Below the pieces are notes generated by a model. The model did not search any database. It was given only the letters and a program-made list of their open reading frames with translations, and was not told where the DNA came from. A stretch of DNA of 48,773 bases from Candidatus Heimdallarchaeota archaeon (GTDB lineage: Archaea; Asgardarchaeota; Heimdallarchaeia; Heimdallarchaeales; Kariarchaeaceae), in contig WAKA01000177.1 of assembly GCA_015523565.1 (NCBI GenBank), positions 1 to 48,773 of the forward strand, written 5' to 3'. The first letter of the stretch is position 1; every line of letters starts with the position of its first letter. A program made the translations under genes and the position numbers. This document shows, in pieces, positions 26,411 through 37,272 of the stretch.

Positions 26411-27841
26411 ATGGATGTTCGATGGGTTGAAAACAGGAAAGTCATAGTCATCGATGATTCCCTTTACCAACGGGAATTACTTTTCAGTCAACTGACAAAG
26501 GATGGTTATGATGTTGTTGGTTTGGCTGAAAATGCAAAAGATGGGCTTCGAATGGTGGGAACCCAACGACCTAACATTGTCATACTTGATATTTCTCTAC
26601 CTGACATGCCTACAGACGAAATTATTCGGGGTCTCAGATCACTTTTGCCAAATGTCTTTATTATTGTCTCTGCTCCTTTGGGAATGGAGGAAAATATCCA
26701 TTATCTCATAAGGGTGGGTGCCAACGAGTTCTTACCGAAACCTATCGAAAAATCCCACTTGGATTATATTTTGGTGAAATATGAAATTACAAATTTCCCT
26801 GAAAATACAAATCTTGCATTTGTCATCAATTTTCTTCACCAGCTTTATTATACGCAACTTATTCAGTTTGCAGATGATGAATACGAAAAAATAATCAAGA
26901 GGGTTCTCATCAGGAATTTCAAAAACATGGTTCGAAAATATCCTGAACGATTTATTTTCTATGAAAATCCCTTGAAACTGGACGTGGTTCTTTCATATAA
27001 TAAGAAAATTCCTGTACAGCTTGAAAAGGTTATAATCAGGCAAATTGAAAATCTGTTCCAAAGAAATTTGAATGACTTGGAAAAGAAGATACCGTTGGAG
27101 ATACTTCAATCACTCCTTCAAGAAAGCTTTATGTCATATTATTCTCTTGCAAAACCATTCATTGATGCTTTTGATTATTCGCTTCCTGAATGGAAAAATT
27201 TCAAATTCAAGATTGTCAGACCATCCCCTCCGATGCAAACAGAAAGGCAAAAGTTGCAATATATCTCAAATACTGAATTTTCATGGCCTGACATCCCAAT
27301 CAGTCCAGAAATTGAAAGAATAAACGCATACCGCTTTGAAAATGAAAGAGGTCTTGCATCATTAAAGGAATTGAAATGGAAAAATGATGTCAATGCTTTT
27401 GTTGGTCTCGCAATGTTCGATGAAATTTTAGGTCCTGTAATGGCTCAAGTTACCCCCTCGGTTGTCCCCGAATTCATGGAAGATACAATGAAAATCATTC
27501 CCAGCCTTATGGATCGGCAAGGACTCAAGGATATGGAACCATTTTTGCACTCCGAAAGTGATTTTGGATCTCTAAATATCGTATTTTCTGTAAGATCTGA
27601 AAAGATGAGGGGAATGTCTCTCGATCTCATGCTTTCCATAATTGTCTCTCCAATTTCTGCAAATCATCTACTCAAACTAAGCCAAATGAGTGGAATTCTA
27701 AAAGCAACCGCCGCCCAAATCCTCTATCATCTTTCTGAAAGTGATGTTGCCGATCCTGTAAGTGCAATCAAATTGAAATCAGATATTCCAGACCTTCTCA
27801 ATGTATTTCTCCACGAAGTGAGAACATTTTTGGAATATTAG
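26411..27841 (+). CDS. Response regulator: CheY-like receiver + helical linker + C-terminal uDENN/longin-like domain
   Basis: REC residues VIDD, ILDISLP, IVS and PKP intact; C-terminal FVGLAMFDEILGP...IPSLMD...NIVFSVRSEKMRG...LMLSIIV matches the FDxxxGP / RG pattern of uDENN (DENN/folliculin) longins. Confidence 0.75.
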   Translation: MDVRWVENRKVIVIDDSLYQRELLFSQLTKDGYDVVGLAENAKDGLRMVGTQRPNIVILDISLPDMPTDEIIRGLRSLLPNVFIIVSAPLGMEENIHYLIRVGANEFLPKPIEKSHLDYILVKYEITNFPENTNLAFVINFLHQLYYTQLIQFADDEYEKIIKRVLIRNFKNMVRKYPERFIFYENPLKLDVVLSYNKKIPVQLEKVIIRQIENLFQRNLNDLEKKIPLEILQSLLQESFMSYYSLAKPFIDAFDYSLPEWKNFKFKIVRPSPPMQTERQKLQYISNTEFSWPDIPISPEIERINAYRFENERGLASLKELKWKNDVNAFVGLAMFDEILGPVMAQVTPSVVPEFMEDTMKIIPSLMDRQGLKDMEPFLHSESDFGSLNIVFSVRSEKMRGMSLDLMLSIIVSPISANHLLKLSQMSGILKATAAQILYHLSESDVADPVSAIKLKSDIPDLLNVFLHEVRTFLEY

Positions 27842-27898
27842 GCTGGCAATATCTTTATAAAATAAAAAACTACATTTGTATTATCCAGGTGGTTATGT

Positions 27899-28066
27899 AT
27901 GAAGTCAACAAAATTATCTCCATTGACATTTAGAATCACTCCAGAAATGGAAAGAAGAATTGAAAGGATGGTTGAAAAGAAGCTTTTCAAGAATAAGGCT
28001 GAACTTATCAGAGAAGCAGTGGAAAATTTTCTTCTTAATGAAAAATTAATTATGGACAAAAAGTGA
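27899..28066 (+). CDS. Ribbon-helix-helix (CopG/Arc/MetJ-like) DNA-binding protein, 55 aa, absent from the ORF track
   Basis: MKSTKLSPLTFRITPEMERRIERMVEKKLFKNKAELIREAVENFLLNEKLIMDKK*: beta strand LTFRI plus N-K-A-E-L-I-R-E-A-V signature; AGGTGG RBS upstream; ATG 27899, TGA 28064-28066. Confidence 0.85.
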   Translation: MKSTKLSPLTFRITPEMERRIERMVEKKLFKNKAELIREAVENFLLNEKLIMDKK

Positions 28067-28067
28067 A

Positions 28068-28298
28068 TCAAGAATCTTTTGAAAAATCATTTTTATAACC
28101 CAAAATTGTAATCATGGCTTCATATTGCTGATTTGAGAGCTGAAGTTCATTTGCATTATGCCTTCTCAAAAGATCCGCGGCTATCACCTTAATCCTTGGA
28201 AGGTCTTCCTTGTAGATATTCTCATCCTTTTGCAGGCTCTTAGCTACAAGCATCAAGGCATCAAGAATCCGAACCTTTGGAATAAATTCCTTATCCAT
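28068..28298 (-). CDS. Small hypothetical helical protein
   Basis: 76-aa ORF with protein-like composition, ending 1 nt from the RHH stop (convergent); GGTGG-like RBS upstream. Confidence 0.55.
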   Translation of the reverse strand: MDKEFIPKVRILDALMLVAKSLQKDENIYKEDLPRIKVIAADLLRRHNANELQLSNQQYEAMITILGYKNDFSKDS

Positions 28299-28506
28299 CC
28301 TAACATAACCACCAATGAAAAAAGAAAATTAACGAGTTGTTAAACCTTTCCCAGAATTACTGACTTGGCATTACATTTAAACTCATGTCCAATGAATTGA
28401 AAACAAAAACATCCAATTTATTTTTTCCATACATGTTACAGATTCCATGTTTTCATTGCATGTCTCCCATCCTTAACTTAATTAATTTCAATAATATTTT
28501 ACCTCT

Positions 28507-29097
28507 GTGAATGAAACTGACTTTCTAATACAAAGTTGGGAAGAAACATATTCTTCCGCCCTCTCTGTATTTCTTCAAGTTTGGGAAGACGGGTTTGTGC
28601 CAGATGTTATCCTTGGAGTGGCAAGAGGTGGTTGGGTGCCCGCCCGCCTTATTGCAGACTTTTTTAGAACGAAACAGACGGCAAACATCAAGATCGATTT
28701 CTATGGAGATATCAATGAGAGAAAGGAAGAGCCAGAAATCACTCAATCCGCACCAAATCTTTCTGGAAAAAAAGTCCTTATTGTTGACGATGTGGCGGAC
28801 AGTGGAAAAAGCCTCAAAAAGGTGATGGAACAGCTGGATCAAATGGACAACTGTGTCTATAAAACCCTCACAATTCATTACAAACCCCATTCCATTGTCA
28901 AACCTGACTATTATCTTGTTGAGACAGACAAATGGGTTGTCTATGGCTGGGAAAAATTCGAATTTATGGAGCAGTTTGCACAAATGATGAAATCCAAAGG
29001 CTTAGAGCAAAAAGAAATAGAGAAAAAACTAATGAAGCTTGGCTTTCATCCTGGGGAGATTGGGATCTTTTTCAACAACCTACAGAAACAACACTAA
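28507..29097 (+). CDS. Type I phosphoribosyltransferase (hypoxanthine/guanine/xanthine PRT-like)
   Basis: ILGVARGGWVPAR, PRPP-binding VLIVDDVADSGKSL, KPDYY...WVVYGWE. Confidence 0.9.
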   Translation: MNETDFLIQSWEETYSSALSVFLQVWEDGFVPDVILGVARGGWVPARLIADFFRTKQTANIKIDFYGDINERKEEPEITQSAPNLSGKKVLIVDDVADSGKSLKKVMEQLDQMDNCVYKTLTIHYKPHSIVKPDYYLVETDKWVVYGWEKFEFMEQFAQMMKSKGLEQKEIEKKLMKLGFHPGEIGIFFNNLQKQH

Positions 29098-29111
29098 AAT
29101 TAATTGATGGT

Positions 29112-29144
29112 TTTTCGGGAAATTGTTAAGGTTTTTCCCGAAAA
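29112..29144. repeat. Perfect 11-bp inverted repeat (TTTTCGGGAAA-N11-TTTCCCGAAAA); possible terminator hairpin or operator
   Basis: Arms at 29112-29122 and 29134-29144, just after the PRTase stop and upstream of the gdhA promoter. Confidence 0.6.
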
Positions 29145-29190
29145 GTAAACACCTATCCTGAACAATTTCCTGTAATTTTCCTATTATTTT

Positions 29191-30608
<1,418 letters not shown>

Positions 30609-30610
30609 TC

Positions 30611-31420
30611 CTAATTATCCTTTAACTTTTCCAATATCTTGTTAAGTTTTTCATCATAACTTTTCTCGGTATCTGATTGATACAGGCTTTTTAGTTTTTC
30701 AAACTCCCCAATTTCTTTCTGAAGCAAAACTCGTTCCTCCACTTCTGCTATTGTTTTTCTTAATTCAATCTTATTGCTTGCATGGATTGTAAATCCAATA
30801 AGGGAACCCCAAGTCTCTTCAAGCTGGAAATTCGGTTCTATTTGAAGAAATTGCCTCAGACTATGGGATGCCAAATCTTGATAGCCCAATTCATATTGGC
30901 ATTTGAAAAGGAAAAACCAATATTCTGCCTTGTTGTCCTGTTTCAAAAGTTCTTGAATGGATTCAATTGCTTCTTCATACCTTTGTTCCTTGTAAAGGAG
31001 CTCTGTCAGAAGCAAATCAATAAGAATGGATTTTGCACGATTCTTGCCCTTTTCCAATAATTCTATGGCCTCTTGCAGTTTGTTTCTCTTCTGCAAAATT
31101 AATGCGTAAAAATAATACGGTTCCCAATTCGATAATGCTGACCCTCCTGACTCAAAATATTCCTTCAACCATTTTTCTGCCTTTTGCAATTCCCCTGCCT
31201 GATAAGAGATCATACCCAATTTTAACAAAATATTAAGGTCCATACTGTCCAGTTTATGTGCCTCAAGATAACAGGCATACGCATTTCCATAATCTCTTTT
31301 CAAATAATGGAGTGCTCCACAAAGCACCCATGCCCTTTCATCCTCTGGATTTTCCCCCAATTCTTCAATCAACCCATTGATTAATTCCCCTATGCTATCC
31401 ACGGGATGATCAAAATTCAT
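30611..31420 (-). CDS. TPR repeat protein
   Basis: Several TPR-like units (AWVLCGALHYLKRDYGNAYACYLEA; LGMISYQAGELQKAEKWL; LLYKEQRYEEAIESI). Confidence 0.85.
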   Translation of the reverse strand: MNFDHPVDSIGELINGLIEELGENPEDERAWVLCGALHYLKRDYGNAYACYLEAHKLDSMDLNILLKLGMISYQAGELQKAEKWLKEYFESGGSALSNWEPYYFYALILQKRNKLQEAIELLEKGKNRAKSILIDLLLTELLYKEQRYEEAIESIQELLKQDNKAEYWFFLFKCQYELGYQDLASHSLRQFLQIEPNFQLEETWGSLIGFTIHASNKIELRKTIAEVEERVLLQKEIGEFEKLKSLYQSDTEKSYDEKLNKILEKLKDN

Positions 31421-31560
31421 TAACTATTGTTTGTTTTCCTAGTTAATAACTATGCTTTTGTTTAGTGAGCAAATTAAATCCCAGTTTCAAATTATTAACA
31501 ATCAGAATGGTGGTGGCTGAACCGCTAGATTGTTAAAAAACTTCTATCGCTTTCAATCTA

Positions 31561-32568
31561 ATGGTAGATTTAACCGAGGAAATTAAAGTCCGATCTAAAA
31601 AGGCATTGGATTTCCTCTTTACAATGTCTGAGAAATACATAATGCCTGAAGACCCCTTGAGAAAGGCTGCTTTGCATTATCCCAAAAGTGGCGGGAAGGG
31701 ATTTAGGCCCGCAATGCTGATGTTGACTTGTGGCGCTGTCGGAGGAAATGAGGAAGAGGCTGTTCCTGCCGCAGCGGCCATAGAGGCACTTCATGTTTCC
31801 AGTCTGATACATGATGACTATATGGACAACGACGATACAAGACGTGGTGCAGAGGCTGTATGGAAAAAATGGGATCCTACAATAGCAATTCTTGCAGGAG
31901 ATGTGCTGGTTGGACTGGCTTTCCGACTTATCTCAAAATTGCAAAACATCGGAAACGAACTAAAAACTGAAATCCTTTCTGGATTGGCTCTAAAATACAC
32001 TGAACTATGCCACGGACAGATGTTGGACATTGAGTTCACCAAAAAACCAATTGAAGATGTCTCACTTGAAGAGATCAAACAGATGCAATATCTCAAGACA
32101 GGGGTTCTTTTTGAGTTTTGTTGCGTTTCTGGCGCTCAAATCGGATTAAAAAATAAAAACCATGAATGGATCGACGCCATCCGCTCTTATGCAAAAAAAG
32201 CAGGTACTGCATTTCAAATACAGGACGACATTCTTGGGTTGACCGAAGACAGCTCTAAAACTGGAAAGCCCCAATTTTCAGATATCAGGGAAGGGAAAAG
32301 AACAATTATTGCAGTCCACTCATTTGTCCATGCATCTGAAGAGGACAAGGCGTTTCTTCAGCAATATTTTGGGAACCATAATGCAGATGCAGAAAAACTC
32401 CAAAAAGTCTATGATATTTTTGAAAAGACAGGATCTATAGAGTTTGCCAAATCTTTGGCGCTAAGTCTGGCAAAAGAAGCTCTTGAAGCCTTGAACTCTC
32501 TGCCTGACAGCACAAACAAGGAAATCCTTCAGGAATTCGCATTGTACATGATCAATAGGTCATTTTGA
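31561..32568 (+). CDS. trans-Polyprenyl diphosphate synthase
   Basis: GGKGFRP, FARM HDDYMDNDDTRRG, GQMLD, KTG, SARM FQIQDDILG, SDIREGKRT. Confidence 0.95.
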   Translation: MVDLTEEIKVRSKKALDFLFTMSEKYIMPEDPLRKAALHYPKSGGKGFRPAMLMLTCGAVGGNEEEAVPAAAAIEALHVSSLIHDDYMDNDDTRRGAEAVWKKWDPTIAILAGDVLVGLAFRLISKLQNIGNELKTEILSGLALKYTELCHGQMLDIEFTKKPIEDVSLEEIKQMQYLKTGVLFEFCCVSGAQIGLKNKNHEWIDAIRSYAKKAGTAFQIQDDILGLTEDSSKTGKPQFSDIREGKRTIIAVHSFVHASEEDKAFLQQYFGNHNADAEKLQKVYDIFEKTGSIEFAKSLALSLAKEALEALNSLPDSTNKEILQEFALYMINRSF

Positions 32569-32663
32569 CATCTCTTGAAATTCTTCAATTGAATTCAGTT
32601 ATTTTTATTAGGTTTTTAAGTTTACTGTGAAAAATTTATAAGCAAATAACATTTTTTTCACAT

Positions 32664-33656
32664 ATGCAGAATATTAATGCAACCAAAAAGGTTGGAAAAA
32701 CCATTGTCCATTATGAGGAAATTCCTGAAAGGGTATTGTGGTTTTACCATAGGGGCTACTTAAACTCTTCACAGTCTGCTAAGGTTGTGGTTGCAAATAT
32801 CTCCATTTTGTCTTTGGTTGCATTGGTATTAGGGTATTTTCAACCTAATTCTGGGTTTAACTACTCAAAACCCCTGCTTTACCTTTCTTTCCTGTTGATA
32901 CTTCCAATAGGCATGAGGTATTTCAGGGTTGAACTGTATCGTTTTTATCCATTGATACTGTTTACACTTATTTATGACATTTTGTCTATTTTGCAATTTT
33001 ACTTTGTAATCCATCCTTCATACCGTCCCCTCTATTATTTCGACAAATACTTGTTTGGATGGATTTTTGGAGGTGTTCCTCCCTCTTTTTATTTCTTTGA
33101 AAACCATAACCCTTGGTTTGACATTTTCTTTAGTATAATTTATTTTTCCCAAGTTGTAATTCCTCCTATTTTGTTTTTTTATTACCGATTGACTGACCCT
33201 GAGGAAATTCCTGTACTTGTTTGGGGAATGGGGTTCTTGGGTGTCGCCGCCGCATCCATTTTCTTGTTGTTTCCCACGGCTGCACCTTGGTACATTTACA
33301 ATTTTGGTTTCGATCCCACAAAAGTCAACAGCCTGACTCCTGACATAGCTACAGCAGGACTATGGAATGCAGATCAGGCATTGGGTACTGATTTCTTTGT
33401 CTCATTTTTCTGGTCAAATACACAAGCGAAATTTGCCGCTTTCCCAAGTTTGCATGTTGGTGTCGTTGCCTTATTTTATTTCTTTGTGAAAAAGAAAAAC
33501 CTTGCATTTCAAACCTCTCTTAAATATTACTTGATTTTGATGTTCTTTACAGTAGTTTACCTCAACCACCATTGGGTTGCTGATGCATTGGCAGGATTTA
33601 CCCTTGCTTATTTGGCAGTTCAGTTGTCTTCTCATCTTTACAAGGAAAAAATCTAA
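32664..33656 (+). CDS. PAP2-superfamily membrane phosphotransferase, Aur1/inositol-phosphorylceramide-synthase-like
   Basis: Multi-TM; FPTAAPWY, AAFPSLH and YLNHHWVAD match Aur1/Ipt1-type conserved domains with a His/His/Asp triad. Confidence 0.82.
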   Translation: MQNINATKKVGKTIVHYEEIPERVLWFYHRGYLNSSQSAKVVVANISILSLVALVLGYFQPNSGFNYSKPLLYLSFLLILPIGMRYFRVELYRFYPLILFTLIYDILSILQFYFVIHPSYRPLYYFDKYLFGWIFGGVPPSFYFFENHNPWFDIFFSIIYFSQVVIPPILFFYYRLTDPEEIPVLVWGMGFLGVAAASIFLLFPTAAPWYIYNFGFDPTKVNSLTPDIATAGLWNADQALGTDFFVSFFWSNTQAKFAAFPSLHVGVVALFYFFVKKKNLAFQTSLKYYLILMFFTVVYLNHHWVADALAGFTLAYLAVQLSSHLYKEKI

Positions 33657-33786
33657 AATTAGTTCTAAATTTGGAAAAATACCAATATCATCCCCAATTT
33701 CTTGGAAAATTGCTTGAAATGGAACAAACAGCTTTAAAACAATATGGGATTTCATAATTTGGAAATTTTATTTCAATGGTGATTTC

Positions 33787-35577
33787 ATGAAAAATGAAAT
33801 AAGTTTTAGAATAAGTGGTCAAAACGGAGACGGAATTTTCTCTTCTGGAGAGGTTTTTTCCAAAATCTGTAGTAGGTCTGGTCTTCATGTCCATGGATAT
33901 CGGTCTTATCAATCTGTTATCCGTGGAGGTCACGTTAATTATAGCGTCCGTGCCGCTAATTGGGACGTCGCTGCACCTGCAAATTACATCGATGTCTTGA
34001 TTGCCTTGAGACCAGACAGCTTCATTGTTGATGCACCACACATGTCTGACGATGGAATCATCCTTTATGATTCCAAAGGATTTCGTATCAAACCTGAAAA
34101 TGTTAAAGTAAAGGAAGGAGTAAGAGTTGTGGACATGCCTGCTGTTGAGTTGGCCGCACAGTTCTCCAATCTCAAAATTGTTGCTAATACTGTCTTCTTG
34201 GGTGCTGTTGTTGCAATTTTCAACCTTGACATGAGCGTATTCGAAAAGATGTTAGCCGACAATTTTGCCTCAAAAGGGGAAGAAGTTGTCCGTGTCAACG
34301 TAGAATCTGCAAGAGCAGGATACAATTGGGCTAAGGAAAATCTGGAACCTTTGCAACTTGATATTACAATCGATCCAAATGCAGAACCGAAAATGTTTAT
34401 CGGAGGAAATGAGGCTCTTGCTCTTGGAATGCTAATTGGTGGTCTGCAATTTTATGCTTGGTATCCAATGACACCTGCAAGCCCTGTAGGTCATTTCATC
34501 GCAAAATACGGGGAATTGGCGGGTGTTGTCTGTAAACAAATGGAAGATGAAATCAATGTCTCAAATAGTGTTGTAGGTGCAGCAGTGGCTGGAGCTAGAG
34601 CCGCTTGTGCAACCTCTGGAGGCGGTTTCGCTCTTATGACTGAGGCTATTGGCTATGCATCCATGGTTGAGGCTCCTGTAGTTTACATTGAAGTGGCAAG
34701 AGGTGGTCCATCAACTGGTCTGCCAACTAAACAGGAACAAGGTGATTTGAGACAATTATTGGGTGCTTCTCAAGGTGACTATCCACGTGCAATTATTGCC
34801 CAGACAAGTGTGGAAGATGGCATCATCCTTGGTCAAGAGGCTTTGAACATAGCTGAGAAATATCAAATGCCTGTAATCATTGCTTCTGACTTGTATATGG
34901 GTGAACATTTTGAGACAATTCCTGAGCCTGATCCTGAGGCAATTCCCATTGAACGAGGAAAATTGATCCTTGATGAGGTGCCAGAGGAGATGAGACCATA
35001 TAAGAGATACCTTGTTACTGAGGATGGCATTTCTCCAAGGACAATTCCTGGCGTAAAATATGGACAATATGATGCAGGTTCTGACGAACATGATGAATTC
35101 GGAAAATTGATCTCTGATGTAAGGGCTGGATACCCTGAATCCATCAAAATCAGAATAGAACAGATGAACAAAAGAATGAGGAAAATGGAAACTCTTCTAA
35201 AGGAATTACCTGCTCCAACAGCAGAAGGTCATCCTCCTGAGGATGCAGATGTCTTGCTCGTGACTTGGGGCAGTCTTCTTGACATTACAAGAGAAGCAAG
35301 AAGAGAACTTGAAACACAACATGGAAAAAGAACTGCCCATTTGAACATCAGGTATATTGAACCATTCCATTCAAAAGAAGTAAAAGAAATTCTTGAATCT
35401 TACCAAAAAGCAGGGGCAAAGATCATACTTGTCGAAAACAATTATACTGGACAAATGGGTCAACACATCAGAATGAAAACTGGCTTTGAAATCAAAGACA
35501 AGTATCTGCGGTATGACGGTGAAACAATTCTCCCAAGAGAAATCACTTCTGCCGTGCTTGAAATCTTGAACAGGTGA
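33787..35577 (+). CDS. korA: 2-oxoacid:ferredoxin oxidoreductase alpha subunit (gamma-alpha fusion)
   Basis: GQNGDG, SVIRGGH, YPMTPAS, QMEDEI, TSGGGFALMTE, RGGPSTGLPT, VENNYTGQ. Substrate specificity not determinable. Confidence 0.93.
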   Translation: MKNEISFRISGQNGDGIFSSGEVFSKICSRSGLHVHGYRSYQSVIRGGHVNYSVRAANWDVAAPANYIDVLIALRPDSFIVDAPHMSDDGIILYDSKGFRIKPENVKVKEGVRVVDMPAVELAAQFSNLKIVANTVFLGAVVAIFNLDMSVFEKMLADNFASKGEEVVRVNVESARAGYNWAKENLEPLQLDITIDPNAEPKMFIGGNEALALGMLIGGLQFYAWYPMTPASPVGHFIAKYGELAGVVCKQMEDEINVSNSVVGAAVAGARAACATSGGGFALMTEAIGYASMVEAPVVYIEVARGGPSTGLPTKQEQGDLRQLLGASQGDYPRAIIAQTSVEDGIILGQEALNIAEKYQMPVIIASDLYMGEHFETIPEPDPEAIPIERGKLILDEVPEEMRPYKRYLVTEDGISPRTIPGVKYGQYDAGSDEHDEFGKLISDVRAGYPESIKIRIEQMNKRMRKMETLLKELPAPTAEGHPPEDADVLLVTWGSLLDITREARRELETQHGKRTAHLNIRYIEPFHSKEVKEILESYQKAGAKIILVENNYTGQMGQHIRMKTGFEIKDKYLRYDGETILPREITSAVLEILNR

Positions 35578-35582
35578 TTATC

Positions 35583-36482
35583 ATGGTCGCAACACAACAA
35601 AACGTACAATTATTCACTCAAAAAGACTGGAAAACGGATGTCGCTAAACCAACTTGGTGCCCTGGTTGCGGAGACTATGGAGTACTCTCAGCAACAAGAA
35701 AGGCATTGGTTGAATTGCAAATTGATCCAACAGATACATTGGTTATTTCTGGTATTGGATGCTCCTCCAATTTCCCCCACTTTATCGGTGGCTATGGCAT
35801 ACATTCTGTGCATGGTCGAGCTGCGCCAAATGCTGTTGGTGCAAAACTTTCAAATCCTGACTTGACAGTCATTGTGGCTGGTGGAGATGGCGACGGACTT
35901 GGCATAGGATTGGGTGGTTTTGTCCATGCCGCAAGGAGAAACCTTGATATCACTTATGTAATTATGGACAACCAAATTTATGGTCTTACAACTGGACAAA
36001 CCTCACCCACCTCATTGCTCGGTGCAAAAACAAAGAGTACCCCTTATGGAAATATTGAAAGACCAATCAACCCAATTTCCATGGCTTTGGCCGCAGAGGC
36101 AACTTTTGTAGCAAGAACATTTTCTGGTGACGCCAAACATTTTGCAGAAGTTATGAAAAGGGCAATCGCCCACAAGGGATTTGCCATTGTGGACGCCTTA
36201 AGCCCTTGTGTCACTTTCAACAAGTTCAACACCTATGATTATTTCAGGGAAAGGGTCTACAAACTTGAAGAAACTGACCATGACACTTCGGATCTTATGG
36301 CCGCCTTCAAAAAGGCATATGAATGGGAATTTGAAGACAAGGTACCCATTGGTGTCTTCTATGAAGTCCAAAGACCAACCTATGAAGAACAAGAGCTTGC
36401 CTATAAAGAGTTCGGCAACCCTGTCAAAAGAGGTCCTCAAAGACCACCCAACCTCAAAAAAATAATCAAGGACTTTTATTGA
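35583..36482 (+). CDS. korB: 2-oxoacid:ferredoxin oxidoreductase beta subunit
   Basis: WCPGCGD, SGIGCS, HGRA, TPP motif GDGD...DNQIYGLTTGQTSPT, SPCVTFN. ATG 35583 follows AGGTGA overlapping the korA stop. Confidence 0.93.
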   Translation: MVATQQNVQLFTQKDWKTDVAKPTWCPGCGDYGVLSATRKALVELQIDPTDTLVISGIGCSSNFPHFIGGYGIHSVHGRAAPNAVGAKLSNPDLTVIVAGGDGDGLGIGLGGFVHAARRNLDITYVIMDNQIYGLTTGQTSPTSLLGAKTKSTPYGNIERPINPISMALAAEATFVARTFSGDAKHFAEVMKRAIAHKGFAIVDALSPCVTFNKFNTYDYFRERVYKLEETDHDTSDLMAAFKKAYEWEFEDKVPIGVFYEVQRPTYEEQELAYKEFGNPVKRGPQRPPNLKKIIKDFY

Positions 36483-37266
36483 TCTGACTTCTTAAATTAA
36501 TTAATTCCTTTAATCCTTTAATTGATCTAACACCATACCAACTTAACAAACTCCCATCAATAAAAAATACAGGGACATTTTCCAGTTTCATATTAATTCG
36601 TTTCAGATCTTCTATATCTGGTTGTTTGAATTCATACGGCTCTGAAGGCATTATCAAGACATCAATATCCATTTGCTGAATGCTTTCCTCATCTACTATA
36701 GGATATCTTTCTTCTCTGTTTTCCATGACATTCTCAAACCCTGCCTGTTGAAGCATGTCATGAATGTACGTATCCTTGTTGACACTCATCCATGGGTTTT
36801 TCCAGATCGGGCAAAATACTCTAAATGTTTCTTCAAAAGTATGTTTGTTTGACAGTTCCTTGCCTTCAGCAATCACATTTTTAATCTTGGTTTCTTTCTC
36901 AACCCCAAACAGTTTGGATAAATCCTCAAGAAGCCTTACACTTTCTGAGAAAGATTTCGGAAATGTCACAAAAACATCACAGAATTCTTCTATTTTTTCA
37001 ATTCTTTCCTTGGGGTTTTCCTCCATATTTGCAATTACTAGGTCAGGTGAAAGATCCTTGATTTTTTTGACATTCGGTGATTTTGTTCCCCCTACCTTTG
37101 GCTTTTGCTTTGCTTCTTCTGGTGCAATACAATATCTCGTAACGCCAACAATCTTATTCCCCAACCCCATAAAAAACAATGTTTCTGTCAATGATGGAAC
37201 AAGCGAGACTATTTTATCTCCAGTAAAAGGCGAAAATACCTTTCCCCTTGCATCTGTTACTTTCAC
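36466..37266 (-). CDS. Helical-backbone metal receptor (BtuF/TroA-like) without signal peptide
   Basis: KIVSLVPSLTETL, VGVTRYC, VGGTKSP, PDLVIANMEEN, IWKNPWM, PSEPYEF, DGSLLSWYG. Confidence 0.85.
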   Translation of the reverse strand: MKVTDARGKVFSPFTGDKIVSLVPSLTETLFFMGLGNKIVGVTRYCIAPEEAKQKPKVGGTKSPNVKKIKDLSPDLVIANMEENPKERIEKIEEFCDVFVTFPKSFSESVRLLEDLSKLFGVEKETKIKNVIAEGKELSNKHTFEETFRVFCPIWKNPWMSVNKDTYIHDMLQQAGFENVMENREERYPIVDEESIQQMDIDVLIMPSEPYEFKQPDIEDLKRINMKLENVPVFFIDGSLLSWYGVRSIKGLKELINLRSQINKSP

Positions 37267-37272
37267 AATGAA

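Noticed and set aside
27838-28071. 77-aa minus-strand ORF
   Set aside because: Antisense shadow of the RHH gene on the plus strand.
27899-28298. Type II toxin-antitoxin pair
   Set aside because: The genes are convergent and the 76-aa protein shows no RelE, PIN or HEPN motifs.
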